DNA of 64,000 nt. It comes from an uncultured Candidatus Saccharibacteria bacterium (lineage in GTDB: Bacteria; Patescibacteriota; Doudnabacteria; UBA920). Positions within the stretch are counted from its first letter, which is position 1, and each line of letters opens with the position of its first letter. A model generated the notes under the pieces. The model was given only the letters and a program-made list of their open reading frames with translations, was not told the DNA's origin and searched no databases. A program made the position numbers and the translations under genes. Positions 63,272 through 64,000 of this stretch are shown here, piece after piece. Location of the stretch: the NCBI GenBank assembly GCA_964434195.1, contig CAYSUI010000004.1, positions 4,245-68,244 of the forward strand. The letters run 5' to 3'.

Positions 63272-63934
63272 TTATTTAGTTAAAAGAATTAATCCGATCG
63301 TTATAAACCCTATTGCTATCAATTTCTGAATTAATATAGCCAAAGTTATTTTTTCTTTTAAAATTCTTGGGAAGTAAATAGTTAAAAAACTAGTAAGTAA
63401 AAGCAAAAATACATACTGCGTCCCTTGCATAGCCTTTACCAAAGTTACTGAACCTATACTAATTGCGTAATTCTCCATAAGACCACCAACTCCGCCTGTT
63501 ACCTTAGAGCCATAAAATAATAGCTTGCTTCCCGAACTTGCTTTCTCCCCCGTACTAAAAACATGTTGTCTATTTGCTTTTGGAATTAAAAATGCCAAAG
63601 CCATTAGCCCCATCCCAAACCTAGACCAAACAAGCCCTGTTAAAAATCCAGAATCGTTATATACAAATTTGGTAAAAACAAACGATATTGAAAAAAACAC
63701 AGCTGCCAACAGTGAAGAGGCCAAAGCTTGGGGATGAAATTCACCCCTAGCCTCATCCTTTTTGAGTGAAATTAAAACAGCTCCAAAAACTAAAAATACA
63801 AAAGCTATATATTGATACTCGGTCAACCTTTCTCCCAAAACAAAGTAAGCCAAAACTAAAGTAAACATTGGTATAAAACCTCCTTCTATAGGCAAAACCC
63901 TAGAGATACTAGTTGCCTGAATAGCACTATACAA
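63272..63934 (-). CDS. EamA/DMT-superfamily-like membrane protein (TTG start; only ~1.5 EamA repeats)
   Basis: Hydrophobic multi-pass. The N-terminal segment resembles the end of an EamA domain. An in-frame stop lies just upstream, so the gene does not extend further. Confidence 0.4.
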   Translation of the reverse strand: MYSAIQATSISRVLPIEGGFIPMFTLVLAYFVLGERLTEYQYIAFVFLVFGAVLISLKKDEARGEFHPQALASSLLAAVFFSISFVFTKFVYNDSGFLTGLVWSRFGMGLMALAFLIPKANRQHVFSTGEKASSGSKLLFYGSKVTGGVGGLMENYAISIGSVTLVKAMQGTQYVFLLLLTSFLTIYFPRILKEKITLAILIQKLIAIGFITIGLILLTK

Positions 63935-64000
63935 AAAATATAGAGCTACAGAAAACGCCGCACCGCCAACAAGTGAAAAAAATATCCCTAACCCACTGGG

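Noticed and set aside
1-64000. CRISPR arrays, tRNA/rRNA genes, transposases/integrases
   Set aside because: There are no regularly spaced direct repeats with unique spacers. I found no GGTTCGAATCC-type T-arm with a matching acceptor stem outside coding sequence. I found no rRNA-like conserved blocks, and no DDE or tyrosine-recombinase motifs in any ORF.

Overview
This is a 64 kb AT-rich chromosomal window (roughly one-third GC by eye), densely packed with core housekeeping genes on both strands and separated by many short intrinsic-terminator hairpins. It carries a partial prfA 3' end (inferred from its C-terminal peptide and prmC synteny), prmC, rplY, a SEDS (RodA/FtsW) gene, dnaE, thrS, rarA, a glgC-like gene, map, two tandem adenylate-kinase genes, cysS, dnaB, recR, rplU, an envelope-glycan gene cluster (MraY/WecA-like, processive GT2, two GT-C ArnT/PMT-like), archaeal-type pyrH, an ftsQ-like gene, a murF-like gene, serS, lysS, greA, folD, mrdA, mreDCB, proS, rseP, frr, holB, miaA and a ROK kinase gene. 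The gene content suggests a reduced CPR/Patescibacteria-like or similar streamlined bacterium; that is inference. I found no rRNA, tRNA, CRISPR array, transposase or integrase.

The signals that stand out against this ordinary background are:
- **Structured RNA-like unit (dnaE-thrS gap).** An ~560-nt GC-rich, hairpin-dense transcription unit with its own near-consensus sigma70 promoter and intrinsic terminator sits between dnaE and thrS. It is unclassified; RNase P RNA, tmRNA and a T-box leader were considered but not confirmed.
- **Closed GC-rich element (5876..6034).** A ~160-nt GC-rich element closed by a perfect 16-bp stem sits next to a small zinc-ribbon gene.
- **Dispersed repeat family.** A previously unrecognised family of 130-180-nt intergenic repeats recurs at least six times, with core motifs CGATTTTCGAG and CAAAATATGCGATCCCGTC. 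One copy supplies a terminator U-tract and another supplies an RBS.
- **GC-rich orphan genes.** Three single-gene inserts are compositionally foreign and have no recognisable product: 3159..4223, 21204..22625 and 28495..29850. Each is tightly followed by its own terminator.
- **LysRS with a PTH2-like C-terminal domain.** A LysRS carries a ~150-aa C-terminal extension resembling the PTH2 peptidyl-tRNA-hydrolase fold.

All coordinates and product calls come from reading the sequence and the supplied ORF track. No database searches were run.
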